IMG/VR virus record: IMGVR_UViG_3300027980_000037
Span: 1 to 60,939 of that record
DNA from: a virus
Taxonomy: Duplodnaviria; Caudoviricetes
Length of the DNA stretch: 60,939 nucleotides
Reading direction: 5' to 3' (one strand)
Part shown: positions 35,248-46,002 of the stretch, piece after piece
Layout of the letters: every line of letters begins with the position of its first letter
Position numbering within the stretch: the first letter of the stretch is position 1
The notes under the pieces: generated by a model
Databases searched by the model: none
Told to the model about the DNA's origin: nothing
What the model saw: only the letters and a program-made list of their open reading frames with translations
Program-made: the position numbers and the translations under genes

Positions 35248-38187
35248 TTAAGTTCTCCTGTCGATGTGGCGTTTCTCGAAGATGGCGGTCAATCCGCGCA
35301 GCGTATGCGCTGGGTCGCTGCTTGTTGAGCCACTAAACAAAGCCGCGAAGTTAACACCCTCACCTTCCATTTTAAGAGGATACAAACCGAACATCGGTTT
35401 ATCCCATGTAAACGAATCCCATGTAAAAGAATCCCATGTGCCGCCACCAGTGCCTGATGGAACTGATTTGGCAAGGCTCTTGGAATAATCGGGGTCATTC
35501 AAGTTGTAATTCCAAAGTACATCAAGCGTCACGGTAGAGCCGATGTGAGCGTCGAGTCTGGCCTGTTTGTATTTCTTCCACATCATAGGGTTTTTGGTGT
35601 GGGCAAACGCCAGACGGACATGGTAATCAATGTCTTCGCTGTCGAAGCTGTTACCTACCTGACCTTCGTATATCCAGCCATCATCTGATCCAAAGAACAT
35701 ACGCTCGCGACCAGTAACACCTTCTTCGCAGCAAACACAAACAACATTTTTTTTGTATTCGAGCCGCATGATGCCGGATATTTTTTTGTCTCTCCAACCG
35801 ATAGAAATAATTGTTCCATCGTCAAAGAAACAGCGATACAGATTCTTGCGGCGAAGGGTCATTGAACCAACCGCAGATATTTCACCGTCGATTATTTCGT
35901 TAATAACCGGCTGTATCTTCTGGCTAATTGAGTTGTCCAGATAGTCACCATACTTGTCTGTTGACTGCATGGTAGTAAAGCCACGATCATCGAAGAAAAC
36001 GCCTACGCCTATACGTCCTATAGAGTTAGGGTGTGCGCCGGCTTTAGGGTTGTATATCTCAAGGTCAAAATTGGCAGCTGAATCCCCGTTAAGCACGTAG
36101 GTTTGGTTGCGGGTAAATATAAACAGCAGCTTACCCACTTCTTCAAGGAAGCCAGTACCTTCGTTACCAACAGCATACTCTTGAGCGCCGGTAACAACGC
36201 GGAACTGAAGCGGATCTGAAAGAGAAGAATGCTGAACAGAGCCACCCGGGAACATTAAAAACAGGTGAAGCAAATGAACGCCAAGATGGTTTGGCGTATC
36301 GTTGGTCATTCCTGTTGTGATGAATGAAACTACCTCGTCGCCGTTCTGAGCATCGTCGCAATACTCGAATGCCCTACCAACACCGTTAACTCCGTAGAAC
36401 GAATATCTGGCTGCATGACCTGAGAAATTGTAATTTCTGAACTCGTACTCGCCGCCGGCTGGAAATGTTGGGGTTGCTGATGCGGTTGTCGGGTCTACTT
36501 CGGCAATCTTGACCGCGCTTACCTCGATGTCATTACCAACAGAGAAAACACCGCCTGTGATATTACTGACAACGAAATAGCCGGCAGCGTCCACGCCCCA
36601 GCTACCGCTGGTGGTTATTACTCGCTCTATGGTCGCTGTAGCGCCGGTAGTGCCATCCTCAATGGTTGTGCCTACCAATGGGGCTATTTGTGCAGTACCT
36701 GTGCCGGCAACAAAATAGATTTCTGTGTTGGGTGTTACTTCAGACCAGCCGCCGCCGCTTGATTTCCAGAGTATGCCCTTGCTGCCGTTGCCGCTGTCGC
36801 GGAACGCAAAAACAACGTCGTTGTAGAACCAGACACCTCGAATCGGGCCGCTACCATCGTTAACACCAACCTGACCAATGCCACTCAATGCGTTTACAGA
36901 GGCAAGCTCTAGGTATGAGGCATGAAGATCTGGGTCTGATTCGCCTTCTTTGACGTTACTACCGTTGCTGGTCATGCCGGTATCGACACCACCAATTTCC
37001 AGAACCTCACCTTGATTAAAGCCGCCAGAATCTTTGAATATCAAGTTTCCGTAATAATAACCACCGGTCGATGTTGATGTGGTCATGTCATAAGTAGTTT
37101 TTTCTGGTGGTGAAACGTATGTGCCATTGGTGTATTCACTCAACTGCATAGCGCCAATAAGAGTGTGATGGCTGTCGTTATCTATTTCCTCATTTATTGT
37201 TGAAAACCACGTGTTAGAGTACGTAGACCAGTTATATCCTTTGGCGTTTATAAGGAATCCAAACTGACCAGATCCGCTCACGCTATCAACGTGCATTGTT
37301 ATCGTGACATGGATACCTGGCAACACATCTGTAATCTGAGAATCAGAGGAATCGTATGAGGCTGCAACATCACAATTACCACTGCTATAAACAGCTGTTA
37401 CTCCATCATCGTAATAACTCTGTTCAATGCCGCCAACAACCTTCGCGTTAACCTGACCGTCGCCGGCACTGGCATCGTCTTGGCTTTTCCATGTAACCTC
37501 ACTGCCAACAGTTGTTATCTCAAAGCCAATGCCTTCAGCGGTAAGCCTGTCAGCTGCATCACGATCATCAAGAGCAAACCAGAAATCGAACTGCCATATT
37601 TCGCCGGCTTCAGCTGTGAATGTGGTTTCTGGAAGGCTAAATCCGTTAGATGCGTTTGCGGTATGCAAAGTACCGCCAGTAGGGTCACGAAAAGCCGTAA
37701 GGTTGACGGTATCGCCTAAACTGGTCAGATAACTGACATTGTTGGTTGTATCGTCCAGATCTCCGTATCGTTCCTTAGTCCAGTAGGTAGCCAACGCCTC
37801 TGAATAAAGCATTTCGTTTGATGTAACCGGAGCGAATGCCTGTGTAATAGCGAGCAGAGTGCCATCAGCACCACTGTCTGCACCGTCTATAACATCGCCG
37901 GCTGCAGGGTAGGGGTTTGGTATAGAGGTGCTGCTTTTCCACGGCATAATCCAGTAAGGCGCGTATGCGTCGCCCTCTGTCGTACCATCGTATTTGACGT
38001 AACCGGCTGTACGCTCGTAGCCGCCTTTGATGCCCATTTCATAATTGATAGCCGAAAGGCATTCGCCATTCGGGATGGTCATTTCACTTTCGATCAGGTT
38101 AAGGCCACCAGTTAAAGCGAAAGCATCTTGGTCTAAAGATACCTTTGCCGGCTTCTTTTTTAGTATGACGTTGCCAAGATTAGCCAT
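35248..38187 (-). CDS. Tail tubular/DNA-stabilization (nozzle-like) protein
   Basis: GGLNL N-terminus, beta-propeller-like C-half, WD..TWD..TWD; podovirus position. Confidence 0.7.
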   Translation of the reverse strand: MANLGNVILKKKPAKVSLDQDAFALTGGLNLIESEMTIPNGECLSAINYEMGIKGGYERTAGYVKYDGTTEGDAYAPYWIMPWKSSTSIPNPYPAAGDVIDGADSGADGTLLAITQAFAPVTSNEMLYSEALATYWTKERYGDLDDTTNNVSYLTSLGDTVNLTAFRDPTGGTLHTANASNGFSLPETTFTAEAGEIWQFDFWFALDDRDAADRLTAEGIGFEITTVGSEVTWKSQDDASAGDGQVNAKVVGGIEQSYYDDGVTAVYSSGNCDVAASYDSSDSQITDVLPGIHVTITMHVDSVSGSGQFGFLINAKGYNWSTYSNTWFSTINEEIDNDSHHTLIGAMQLSEYTNGTYVSPPEKTTYDMTTSTSTGGYYYGNLIFKDSGGFNQGEVLEIGGVDTGMTSNGSNVKEGESDPDLHASYLELASVNALSGIGQVGVNDGSGPIRGVWFYNDVVFAFRDSGNGSKGILWKSSGGGWSEVTPNTEIYFVAGTGTAQIAPLVGTTIEDGTTGATATIERVITTSGSWGVDAAGYFVVSNITGGVFSVGNDIEVSAVKIAEVDPTTASATPTFPAGGEYEFRNYNFSGHAARYSFYGVNGVGRAFEYCDDAQNGDEVVSFITTGMTNDTPNHLGVHLLHLFLMFPGGSVQHSSLSDPLQFRVVTGAQEYAVGNEGTGFLEEVGKLLFIFTRNQTYVLNGDSAANFDLEIYNPKAGAHPNSIGRIGVGVFFDDRGFTTMQSTDKYGDYLDNSISQKIQPVINEIIDGEISAVGSMTLRRKNLYRCFFDDGTIISIGWRDKKISGIMRLEYKKNVVCVCCEEGVTGRERMFFGSDDGWIYEGQVGNSFDSEDIDYHVRLAFAHTKNPMMWKKYKQARLDAHIGSTVTLDVLWNYNLNDPDYSKSLAKSVPSGTGGGTWDSFTWDSFTWDKPMFGLYPLKMEGEGVNFAALFSGSTSSDPAHTLRGLTAIFEKRHIDRRT

Positions 38188-38929
38188 TGTACTCACCGCC
38201 AACATGACCCGGGATTCCGACAAGCAAATCATCGTCAATAGCTGACAACGTATCCTGCTCGTTACCGAAGGTCTGGTCGGCAGAGAGTTGATTCATAAAC
38301 ATACTGTACTCAGCTGCCATGCTTTGCTGGATTCCTTGAGCCGCTTCCTTGCCGGCATACAGGATCGCAGCGCCACACACTATCGCCCTGTGGTATTCCT
38401 CTGGAATGTCAGGGGTATCGGTATCAGACGAAAGAAGCGTTGGTCTGCGCCAGAATTCACCGGTAATCGTGTAGGCTTCTTCTGACGGCACATCAAGTAC
38501 CAGGCTGTTGTCTGGTTTTATGGTGAAGTAGGTAGGAACACTGTTTTCTGAATGGTCGCCAGTTTCATAATGGCGGCGAAACACATTCCATTCGACGTAC
38601 ATCAGCTGGATTGCTTCATCAGTGTTTTTGTTGAGCCAGAAAGATGTCTTATCCCACCGCCTGACAGTGACAGATGTATTGCCATCGCCTGTGCCGTGGG
38701 TCGGTGGGATACGACTACCAACAGTCATGGTTTCAGAGTATTCAGTCCAAAGGAACTTCCAATCCTGATACTGATTGTTGATATGGTTGTTCGCCTGAGT
38801 GATCCAGCGAACAACATTGCCTAGCTGCGCGGTTTGACCAGCTACCGCCGATGGGATGCCGCTGCCGGCTTCTGCACCACCAACGCCTAGTTCTTCAGCT
38901 AACTCCTGACATAAAGCCAAATAGTTCAT
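38180..38929 (-). CDS. Head-tail adaptor / tail tubular protein A-like
   Basis: MNYL.LCQ...W.FL...P.IPEEYH.AIV. Confidence 0.7.
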   Translation of the reverse strand: MNYLALCQELAEELGVGGAEAGSGIPSAVAGQTAQLGNVVRWITQANNHINNQYQDWKFLWTEYSETMTVGSRIPPTHGTGDGNTSVTVRRWDKTSFWLNKNTDEAIQLMYVEWNVFRRHYETGDHSENSVPTYFTIKPDNSLVLDVPSEEAYTITGEFWRRPTLLSSDTDTPDIPEEYHRAIVCGAAILYAGKEAAQGIQQSMAAEYSMFMNQLSADQTFGNEQDTLSAIDDDLLVGIPGHVGGEYNG

Positions 38930-38944
38930 ACCGCGCCCTCATGT

Positions 38945-39379
38945 TTAAGCCGGCCCAAACCGATTGGTCAAAAGCAGTTCGATGTTTTTCTTCTTCGCGC
39001 CACGACCAGTAATAGGTTTAATGCCTTTGGTTTCTTCGACGATCTTCTTCACTTTCTGAGCTGTCAAATCTTCCAGACGCTCGCCAAGTGATTCGCGTGT
39101 TTCTTCCGGCTCGTCTTTCGTGCTGGTTGCGACGCTGGTGTTTGTATCCAAACCCTGCATACCGCTTTCAGTTTCTTCAGACTCTTTCTCGACAATGTTT
39201 CCTTCTGAGTTCGAGAAATCCGGGTACTTCTTCTGGAATTCGTCGATAGACATAAAGCGCTGCTCACGGGTGAGTTCAGCACCACCGCCTGTGAAGAATT
39301 TACCGTTTTGCGAGTAGGCAGCCATTGAGTCGCCGCGAATTGTTTCGTGTGGCTGGTTAAGATCCAGTTTTGCTGACAT
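38945..39379 (-). CDS. Hypothetical protein
   Basis: 144-aa ORF. Confidence 0.65.
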   Translation of the reverse strand: MSAKLDLNQPHETIRGDSMAAYSQNGKFFTGGGAELTREQRFMSIDEFQKKYPDFSNSEGNIVEKESEETESGMQGLDTNTSVATSTKDEPEETRESLGERLEDLTAQKVKKIVEETKGIKPITGRGAKKKNIELLLTNRFGPA

Positions 39380-39384
39380 TTTGG

Positions 39385-39618
39385 TTAATCCTCTAAATCG
39401 GGATTTTGTGCAGAACCCGCCATTCGCTCCCGAAACGAAAGGCCGGCTTCAATACTGCCGCCATTGGCAGTAGGCTTTGAATTAAGGGTTGGTCGAGTGC
39501 CAAGCAGATGATCGTTTTCGCCGCCGGCACATTGACCGGAGATCTGCTTAATGAAGCCTGACCGTGATGCTGAACGCATTCCTTCAGAATTGTCCAGATG
39601 TCTGCGCTTATCTGACAT
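39385..39618 (-). CDS. Small hypothetical protein
   Basis: GGGAG RBS. Confidence 0.55.
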   Translation of the reverse strand: MSDKRRHLDNSEGMRSASRSGFIKQISGQCAGGENDHLLGTRPTLNSKPTANGGSIEAGLSFRERMAGSAQNPDLED

Positions 39619-39682
39619 AGTTTTCTCCCGAAAAAGGTTCAGCCCCCTATAAGGGGGCATCCCCTGTCAGCAATCCAACGGA

Positions 39683-39865
39683 TTAGCCGAACCGGTGTCC
39701 ACCGGGCGCTTTCGATTTCGGATTGGCTTGGGGCTTCTGTGCCTTGCCGACAGAACCCATACCGCAAGAGGCAGGGTCTTTGTCGATCTTGGATTTCTCC
39801 GTAAGACCAGATGCCAGACCAGCTTTATCCTGAGAAGCGTGGTGGCGAGACTTATTGGTACGCAT
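39683..39865 (-). CDS. Small basic hypothetical protein
   Basis: GGGAG RBS. Confidence 0.55.
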   Translation of the reverse strand: MRTNKSRHHASQDKAGLASGLTEKSKIDKDPASCGMGSVGKAQKPQANPKSKAPGGHRFG

Positions 39866-39878
39866 AATTTTTCTCCCG

Positions 39879-39911
39879 AAAAAGAGCATTACCCCCCGAA
39901 GGGGGTGATGC
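39879..39911 (-). terminator. Terminator-like hairpin after capsid genes
   Basis: GCATCACCCCC-TTCG-GGGGGTAATGC then TCTTTTT on minus strand. Confidence 0.65.
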
Positions 39912-39936
39912 TTGCGTTTACATGGAAGCTACCGGC

Positions 39937-40365
39937 TTACCACCACTCAATCGTGATGTTGGTAAAGCCCTGACCTGTCGGACTACCGACAGCAGCCTTG
40001 AACAGCAGTTCGAGCTGACTGATGTTTTCGCCTTGCGCCGATACATCAATCACACCATCGCCGCCGTAACCTAGGGTTGCAGCCGCAGTACAGTCAGATG
40101 GGCCGAAAGACACACCATCGGTGTCAGCCGTAGTTCCGAGATCCAGAGCAGCAAACTTATCCGCATCGGCCGCTGTGCCGATATGGATAGCCGCCGTACT
40201 GGTTGAACCGGCAAATATTTCGGTTGCCTGTACCGATACTTCCGCGATTTTGCACCGAGTCATGCCGGCGGGAACAGGGATAGCGGTCGCTTCGTTAGAA
40301 GCGCCGAAATCCACATTGCCGTAGCCATAAGTGATGCGAAGCGGTTGGTCGTAATGTGAACTCAT
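39937..40365 (-). CDS. Putative capsid decoration protein
   Basis: Directly after MCP; beta-rich, IGT.AD.DKF. Confidence 0.6.
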   Translation of the reverse strand: MSSHYDQPLRITYGYGNVDFGASNEATAIPVPAGMTRCKIAEVSVQATEIFAGSTSTAAIHIGTAADADKFAALDLGTTADTDGVSFGPSDCTAAATLGYGGDGVIDVSAQGENISQLELLFKAAVGSPTGQGFTNITIEWW

Positions 40366-40375
40366 ATCTTCACCT

Positions 40376-41326
40376 TTACCCTGCGCTAGTCCACTTCAGA
40401 ATACGAGTTTCGTCGTTACTGTATCCTGAGTGAATGATGCCAAAACCACCGAGGTAGTACCACGCAATACCCCGTGAACGACCGAAGTCGCCAGGAATCT
40501 TGCCGCGAATTTCTTCGGGGATCGCCAATGCTTCAGCAACAGTGTCTTCACCGAAGAAGAAAGCCCAATCAGATGCACTGTTCGTGGCAAATGACGTGGC
40601 TTCTTTAGCGATGTGAGTCTGTTCAATGAAGCGAGTACCTTCGTACCGGCCAATTTCACCATTCATAATCTTGGAGAAGCCGGTTTCGATGTACTTGTGA
40701 ATGTCTTCAAGGTTGTTCTTGAAAGACCGGTAGGTTGAAGGCCATGCGACGCAGTAGTAATCGTCGTCGGCGTAAGGCGGGATGTTCCGCTCTTTCATTT
40801 CGTCGACGATCAGCTTCACATGAACGTTCAGAAGCGCGCTGTTGTTGTTGGCTGCTACAGCACCATCATACTTGGTAGTAATGGTCGTACCGTTTTCGCC
40901 AACTACGCTGCCACCGGTAGCGTCGAACTGTGCGTGAGCAGCAGTGTCGAGTACCTTCTTGGCATCATTTTTCAGCACTTTGTGAATGATCTCTTTCACC
41001 GGCTGCTTGGACAGATCATCCAGTTTGCCAGTGTAGGGTACGCTGTTACCGTATTCGGTAATGGTCAGCTGACCCTGAGTGATCGAATAGTTTGTTTCAG
41101 GCATGGCTTCCTGTTCATTCAGTTCGCCACCCGCTGTTGCAACGTCAGAATAGACGTTCCAGTGGAACAGGTTGCCCTTACCAAGACCTTTGTCCGTCGC
41201 ATCTTTTGCATCACAGAATTGGCGAAAGCGCACAATCGGCTGTAATGCGGTGCGAAGAACATTGGTCAGCTCGTCGGTATACATATACCCACCGAGAGCG
41301 TTTACTGCCCAAAGTTGTCCTGCCAT
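40376..41326 (-). CDS. Major capsid protein (N4-gp56-like)
   Basis: EYGNSV.YT, GEIGRYEG.RF.E, DFGR..G.AWY..GGF. Confidence 0.85.
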   Translation of the reverse strand: MAGQLWAVNALGGYMYTDELTNVLRTALQPIVRFRQFCDAKDATDKGLGKGNLFHWNVYSDVATAGGELNEQEAMPETNYSITQGQLTITEYGNSVPYTGKLDDLSKQPVKEIIHKVLKNDAKKVLDTAAHAQFDATGGSVVGENGTTITTKYDGAVAANNNSALLNVHVKLIVDEMKERNIPPYADDDYYCVAWPSTYRSFKNNLEDIHKYIETGFSKIMNGEIGRYEGTRFIEQTHIAKEATSFATNSASDWAFFFGEDTVAEALAIPEEIRGKIPGDFGRSRGIAWYYLGGFGIIHSGYSNDETRILKWTSAG

Positions 41327-41355
41327 TTTATTGCTCCAAAATGGCTTACTTGCTT

Positions 41356-42759
41356 CTAATCTGCTAACCCTCGCGACTTGCGAAGTGAAGCTACATAAGC
41401 CGAGTTATCTGCCGATACCGACTCTGTAAGGACTTCGTGCCTCTGACTGTTCGAGGTTTGGGGCTGGGAAGGTACAGTGCGTTCCTTGTGCGCCAACCGG
41501 CCTTCAATATGGTTGGGGTTAGGAACCTGCTCTACTGGCACTTGATCCGGGTCTGTAGAGAAATCAAGCGGTGAAGGAACGTCGCCTTTCAATAAGGCTT
41601 TGGTGCGTTCCCCCGCCAATCGAACAACTTCTGTCATGGGTCGACCGAACATAATCGGTGCGTTTTTGACCTTCTCGATTTCTGCTTGAACCATTGTGAA
41701 CCCGTGGGGGTTTACGTTTGATGCCAGGTCAGCAAATTCGTCGACAAAAACTTGATTGGCGGCGATCCTGTCTTGTTCAACAAGATCTTCGTCAGTGGTA
41801 GCAGTCTGTTCCGACAAAGCCCGCTGCACTTGTTCCTGTACTGCGGTATTTATCGCTTCTTCCGTGATCGGGGTGGCGGTATGACCGCGCCCACTCATAA
41901 TCTTGGAAATGGCTGAAGTCAGTTTCTCCTGAGCTTCTTCCACCGAATCAGATTCAAAAAAACTTTCTGCCATTTCGGCAGCTAGTTCCTGCGCATCTGC
42001 TTCTACAGTGCCACCCTCACCGCCATTTGGTAGGTCAGGATAATCAGTACGAGTGCTGGACTGATTTAGTGGGTTGCCATTACGGTCTAACCCGGCTTTG
42101 AGATTCGCTTCCTGCTGTGCAAGAGTCGCTTCCCGCTCGTCGAGTGATTCGTGATACTCGCTAAGACTCGCCTGTAAGGTAGAGGCTCGCTGAAGTTTCT
42201 CGTCACCCGCCAGCTTAATTTGTAGTTCGCGAATACTGCCGGCGTTATCAATGTCTTCCTGAGTAACGTCGATTTTCTTCCCGTACACAGTGATAGTAGT
42301 AGTTTCACCATTATTGTCAACATTGCCGGATTCCGGCGCTGCCGGCGCTGCAGCTGCTGCAGCCACATCGTCGTGACCTTCCTCGCCAACCGCAGGGCCG
42401 GTAAGGCTTTCACGAACTTCTTCGCTAACATTTGGGTCGCCAAGTAATGCGTGAGCGCGCTGTTTCTCAAGGCGCTGTTCATCGGTCAATTCCGCATCAT
42501 CAATGTCAATTTCCTTGTTGACCTGTGATTTGCGTTTGCCGTAAATATCGCTCAAAGAGTCTTCACGGGCCTGGAAGCGGTCTGCTTCAAGATATGCCGC
42601 TGGTGTTTCTTCTTTGGCATCCAGTGACGCTGGATCGGTGTCGGTCGAAGTGACCGGCGTTCCATCGTCATTACGGTCTTCGGGGTTTTCCGGCTGGGTA
42701 GTACCCGTGGCTACTGCTGTATCAGCAGTTTCTTCGTTTTGAATGGCTGCATCGCTCAT
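41356..42759 (-). CDS. Putative scaffolding protein
   Basis: Very acidic; between portal and MCP; basic C-tail. Confidence 0.65.
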   Translation of the reverse strand: MSDAAIQNEETADTAVATGTTQPENPEDRNDDGTPVTSTDTDPASLDAKEETPAAYLEADRFQAREDSLSDIYGKRKSQVNKEIDIDDAELTDEQRLEKQRAHALLGDPNVSEEVRESLTGPAVGEEGHDDVAAAAAAPAAPESGNVDNNGETTTITVYGKKIDVTQEDIDNAGSIRELQIKLAGDEKLQRASTLQASLSEYHESLDEREATLAQQEANLKAGLDRNGNPLNQSSTRTDYPDLPNGGEGGTVEADAQELAAEMAESFFESDSVEEAQEKLTSAISKIMSGRGHTATPITEEAINTAVQEQVQRALSEQTATTDEDLVEQDRIAANQVFVDEFADLASNVNPHGFTMVQAEIEKVKNAPIMFGRPMTEVVRLAGERTKALLKGDVPSPLDFSTDPDQVPVEQVPNPNHIEGRLAHKERTVPSQPQTSNSQRHEVLTESVSADNSAYVASLRKSRGLAD

Positions 42760-43148
42760 TGTGTTGCCTCACTTTCCAGTTGTTCTGCTGACAGTATTTG
42801 CTTCTCAATCTCGTCACCACGCGAAAGTACCTGTGCGACAGTGAACAAAATTCCTTTACCGATAGTAACAGCGTACTTGGCTTCTTTTATGGCATCGAAA
42901 TCATCATCAGCTGCTTCGATGATTGCATTAGTTCCGCTTTGAACAAGATCGTGAGCGTAGGTTGTAATCATCTTGCCCACTGGGTCATTGTTAGCCCACT
43001 GCTCTACATCTAGCGACCAACGATAGTCTTCGAGGTCGCCAACAAGAAAGCCTTGTTTTGTTAATTCATCTTTGAAGTCTTCAAAGAGTTCGTTTTCTGC
43101 TACCGGAATTTCACCGGCTTTTTCTTCTTCTGATAGTGTTTTACTCAT
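42756..43148 (-). CDS. Hypothetical head-assembly protein
   Basis: Between portal and scaffold. Confidence 0.6.
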   Translation of the reverse strand: MSKTLSEEEKAGEIPVAENELFEDFKDELTKQGFLVGDLEDYRWSLDVEQWANNDPVGKMITTYAHDLVQSGTNAIIEAADDDFDAIKEAKYAVTIGKGILFTVAQVLSRGDEIEKQILSAEQLESEATQ

Positions 43149-45445
43149 TGTGGCGCATTAGGGATATCGCCATATCTGTCGCGGTCTATTGTTCCTGCTT
43201 TATCGTTACCTGACAGATCGGTTGCACCCTCTCCGTTATTGCTGCTGACATTTGTGCTTGCGTTTTGCATACGGTCAAAAAGTTCCAACTCGAAATCGCG
43301 GTCTTTCTCACGAATCGAATTAGACAGTGCTTCCCGCTGCAAGAATAATTCACGGCGCTTCTGTTCGTTCTGTTCCTGACGAAGTGCCGCATCAATCTGT
43401 GAGCGCCGGCCTTCAAGCCAGATGCGCTGACCTTCTATGTTGCCTTTAAGCTGGATTTCCATTTTCTTGATCTCAGCATTCATTTGTGCAACTTGAAGTG
43501 TGGTGGTTGCGCCTATGTTGGCGACTTCAACTTTAACCTGACCTTCAATCTGTTTCTGCTCGATAATCTGAGTGAGCTGCTGTACCTGTTGTTCGAGCTG
43601 TTTAACTTTCGGGTCTTGATCGTCGTTGATGATGCTACCAAAGAAACGAGAACCGTCTTTGTAACCGACAGTACCCATAACCTCTTTGATAACTTCCTTC
43701 CTGTCCATTTCCTGTATTACGTCAGGGATGAACTTGCCGAGCATATCGAATGCAAGCGCAAGTTTCTCGATGCGCTTGGCAGGGCTGGTGCTGTTGAATC
43801 CGACATTCACGTTGACCTTGATGTTTTCCTGTAGCAGTTTAAGAACGCTGCCAGGTTCTTCTTCACCGACTTCGCTGCCAACCATGCGAAGCAGGGCAAC
43901 ATCTGATTCATAAAACGCTTCCAGAGCCACAAGCTGCAGCAGAACAGGGCGCATCCATGTTTCACTGAAAGTGCGTATTCCGAATTCTTTGATCTCGTTG
44001 GTATCTTCGCGGAGCATCTGCATACCGCCAACGGTTTCATTCATCTTCCGGTTGGTCTGGATGCTGCTGTTATCGAAGCTGCCAAGAACACCGTCGATAT
44101 CAGCGTTAATGTAATCTTGTTCACGATAGGAGCTGGCTGTGACATCACGGGTTTCGTGAACTTTTACGTCACTCTCAGGGTTTGTCATCATCGTGACAGA
44201 CGTTGCTGTGTTCCGCAGGATAGATCTGATATCAACACCAGAACCGCGACGAACAAAATATCGCTTGCCAAGCGCCAGCTTCACGTTGTCGTTGCGAAGG
44301 TTTGCTACATCGTTGGCTTCACCCTGCAGCTCCCTAATCAGTTCAGCATCAGATGCCGGGTATTGTTTGTGAGATTCGATGTTGGCAACGCCAAGCACAT
44401 ACGGGCGCATATTGTGGGCATATACTTCGCGCAGAGGCTTCGGGTCGGAAAGAATGATTTCAGTACCAAGCGTATCCCAAATGTAGTCAACGCCATCGAC
44501 TCTGGCGATATTGTGGTGAACCCATACAGTTTGGTAGTCATTGATAACGGTGGCGTTATCGTATTTATCCAGACGCTCACCTTCACGGGCTGCACGAATT
44601 GAATCCCAATCCTGCTGAAGCGCCGCTGTAAGCATCGCATCACTAAGGTTGCGATATTCGCCGGAAGCAATCTTCTGCTTGATATCCCCAATGTACATCG
44701 GGTCAAGCTCGATAACATAAGGGCTGTCGTTAATAGGGTCGCGCCAATCGGCGGCTGGGTCGAAGCGGATATTCTCGACCGGCTTCAAAACACAGTCGGG
44801 CCGATCTTCTTCGATAATGGTGTGTTCGGTGTCTGAATACAGGCTCTGCCCTGCTTCATCTTCAAAGCGGTCACGCAAGCGTATTTTCTTGCTCTTGAAG
44901 CGCCAGAATTGCTTGCTGATTACAACGCCTTGTGTGCGGGCATCCTGTGATGCGCCAACAACGGTCTGAAACCAGTACATCTTTGGATCGTCGAGGCGGG
45001 CATTCAAAAGGCTTTTGTGTATTGATGCAGCTTTAGTTTGCTGTGGGTTGTTTACGTCGACAGGCTCGCAGTCGACAACATCAGATGTTGAGAAGAAAGC
45101 GATAGCTGTAGCAGCTTCGCCCTTGCGAATTGCTGTTCGTGTTTTCGGGCGAAAGAACTTCGACCGCTTCTGAAATTGGTTGGTGTAGTATTTCGAGCCG
45201 TTTGGATGCTGGCTGTTAAAAGCACGAAGGTTGTCTTCCATGCGCCGGCGAATACTGGCATCAAAATAGTTTTCACTGGATTGGTAAGAATCGCGGCTAC
45301 GGCGCAGCCAATCATCATCCCCCGGCTGAAACGGGCTGTCTCCACCTGGCACTTGTTCTGCGCCGGCTGAAGTGTTTGATACCCGATCATCCGGCCCTAA
45401 CAACTTTGGCTGGTTTCTCTGGTTACGACTATTTAGCGCCGCCAT
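43145..45445 (-). CDS. Portal protein
   Basis: 766 aa; SK.F.PKTR, FDP.A, NET.GG, Q-rich barrel tail. Confidence 0.85.
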   Translation of the reverse strand: MAALNSRNQRNQPKLLGPDDRVSNTSAGAEQVPGGDSPFQPGDDDWLRRSRDSYQSSENYFDASIRRRMEDNLRAFNSQHPNGSKYYTNQFQKRSKFFRPKTRTAIRKGEAATAIAFFSTSDVVDCEPVDVNNPQQTKAASIHKSLLNARLDDPKMYWFQTVVGASQDARTQGVVISKQFWRFKSKKIRLRDRFEDEAGQSLYSDTEHTIIEEDRPDCVLKPVENIRFDPAADWRDPINDSPYVIELDPMYIGDIKQKIASGEYRNLSDAMLTAALQQDWDSIRAAREGERLDKYDNATVINDYQTVWVHHNIARVDGVDYIWDTLGTEIILSDPKPLREVYAHNMRPYVLGVANIESHKQYPASDAELIRELQGEANDVANLRNDNVKLALGKRYFVRRGSGVDIRSILRNTATSVTMMTNPESDVKVHETRDVTASSYREQDYINADIDGVLGSFDNSSIQTNRKMNETVGGMQMLREDTNEIKEFGIRTFSETWMRPVLLQLVALEAFYESDVALLRMVGSEVGEEEPGSVLKLLQENIKVNVNVGFNSTSPAKRIEKLALAFDMLGKFIPDVIQEMDRKEVIKEVMGTVGYKDGSRFFGSIINDDQDPKVKQLEQQVQQLTQIIEQKQIEGQVKVEVANIGATTTLQVAQMNAEIKKMEIQLKGNIEGQRIWLEGRRSQIDAALRQEQNEQKRRELFLQREALSNSIREKDRDFELELFDRMQNASTNVSSNNGEGATDLSGNDKAGTIDRDRYGDIPNAPQ

Positions 45446-45447
45446 AC

Positions 45448-46002
45448 CTATTCCTCGCCTTTGATACCGATAGCTATGTGCCTGATTGCGCTACCATCTT
45501 CCTGCGGTACGTCTTTTACGTCAAGCAGCACGTTACCGTTCTGGACACCTCTGGTAAGCGTTTCATCGCGCTCTTTGTCGCGTTTCCTCTTATCGAAGTC
45601 GGTGATGTCCATTTGTGGTTCACCGTCCAGACCTCGAATCAGCTCAAGTCTGGTGTAACAGTCATAGTCGAATGCCTTTAGCGGCATACCATACCTTTCA
45701 AGGATTTCACCGCAGCCGCGCATTGCTTCTTTGCGCTCAGGGTCGTTCTGGATATCCTCGATCTTGATGATGTACCCGTAGCACATGGTAATGCGCTGGC
45801 TGAAGATTGTGATGATACCGCCCTGTTCGTCAGGGCTTATTACCCACCACCATTTAGGGTACAAACGGTTAATTTTTGCGCCAATATCCTTGCATAAGAT
45901 ACCAAGTGACGCATTGATCTGGTTTAGATGCTCAGGGCTTGTTACCCATTCCTTTTCGGCACGGCTGATGGCATCTTGGTCTATGCTTTTAGCATCGCTC
46001 AT
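45448..46002 (-). CDS. Hypothetical protein
   Basis: 184-aa ORF upstream of portal. Confidence 0.65.
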   Translation of the reverse strand: MSDAKSIDQDAISRAEKEWVTSPEHLNQINASLGILCKDIGAKINRLYPKWWWVISPDEQGGIITIFSQRITMCYGYIIKIEDIQNDPERKEAMRGCGEILERYGMPLKAFDYDCYTRLELIRGLDGEPQMDITDFDKRKRDKERDETLTRGVQNGNVLLDVKDVPQEDGSAIRHIAIGIKGEE

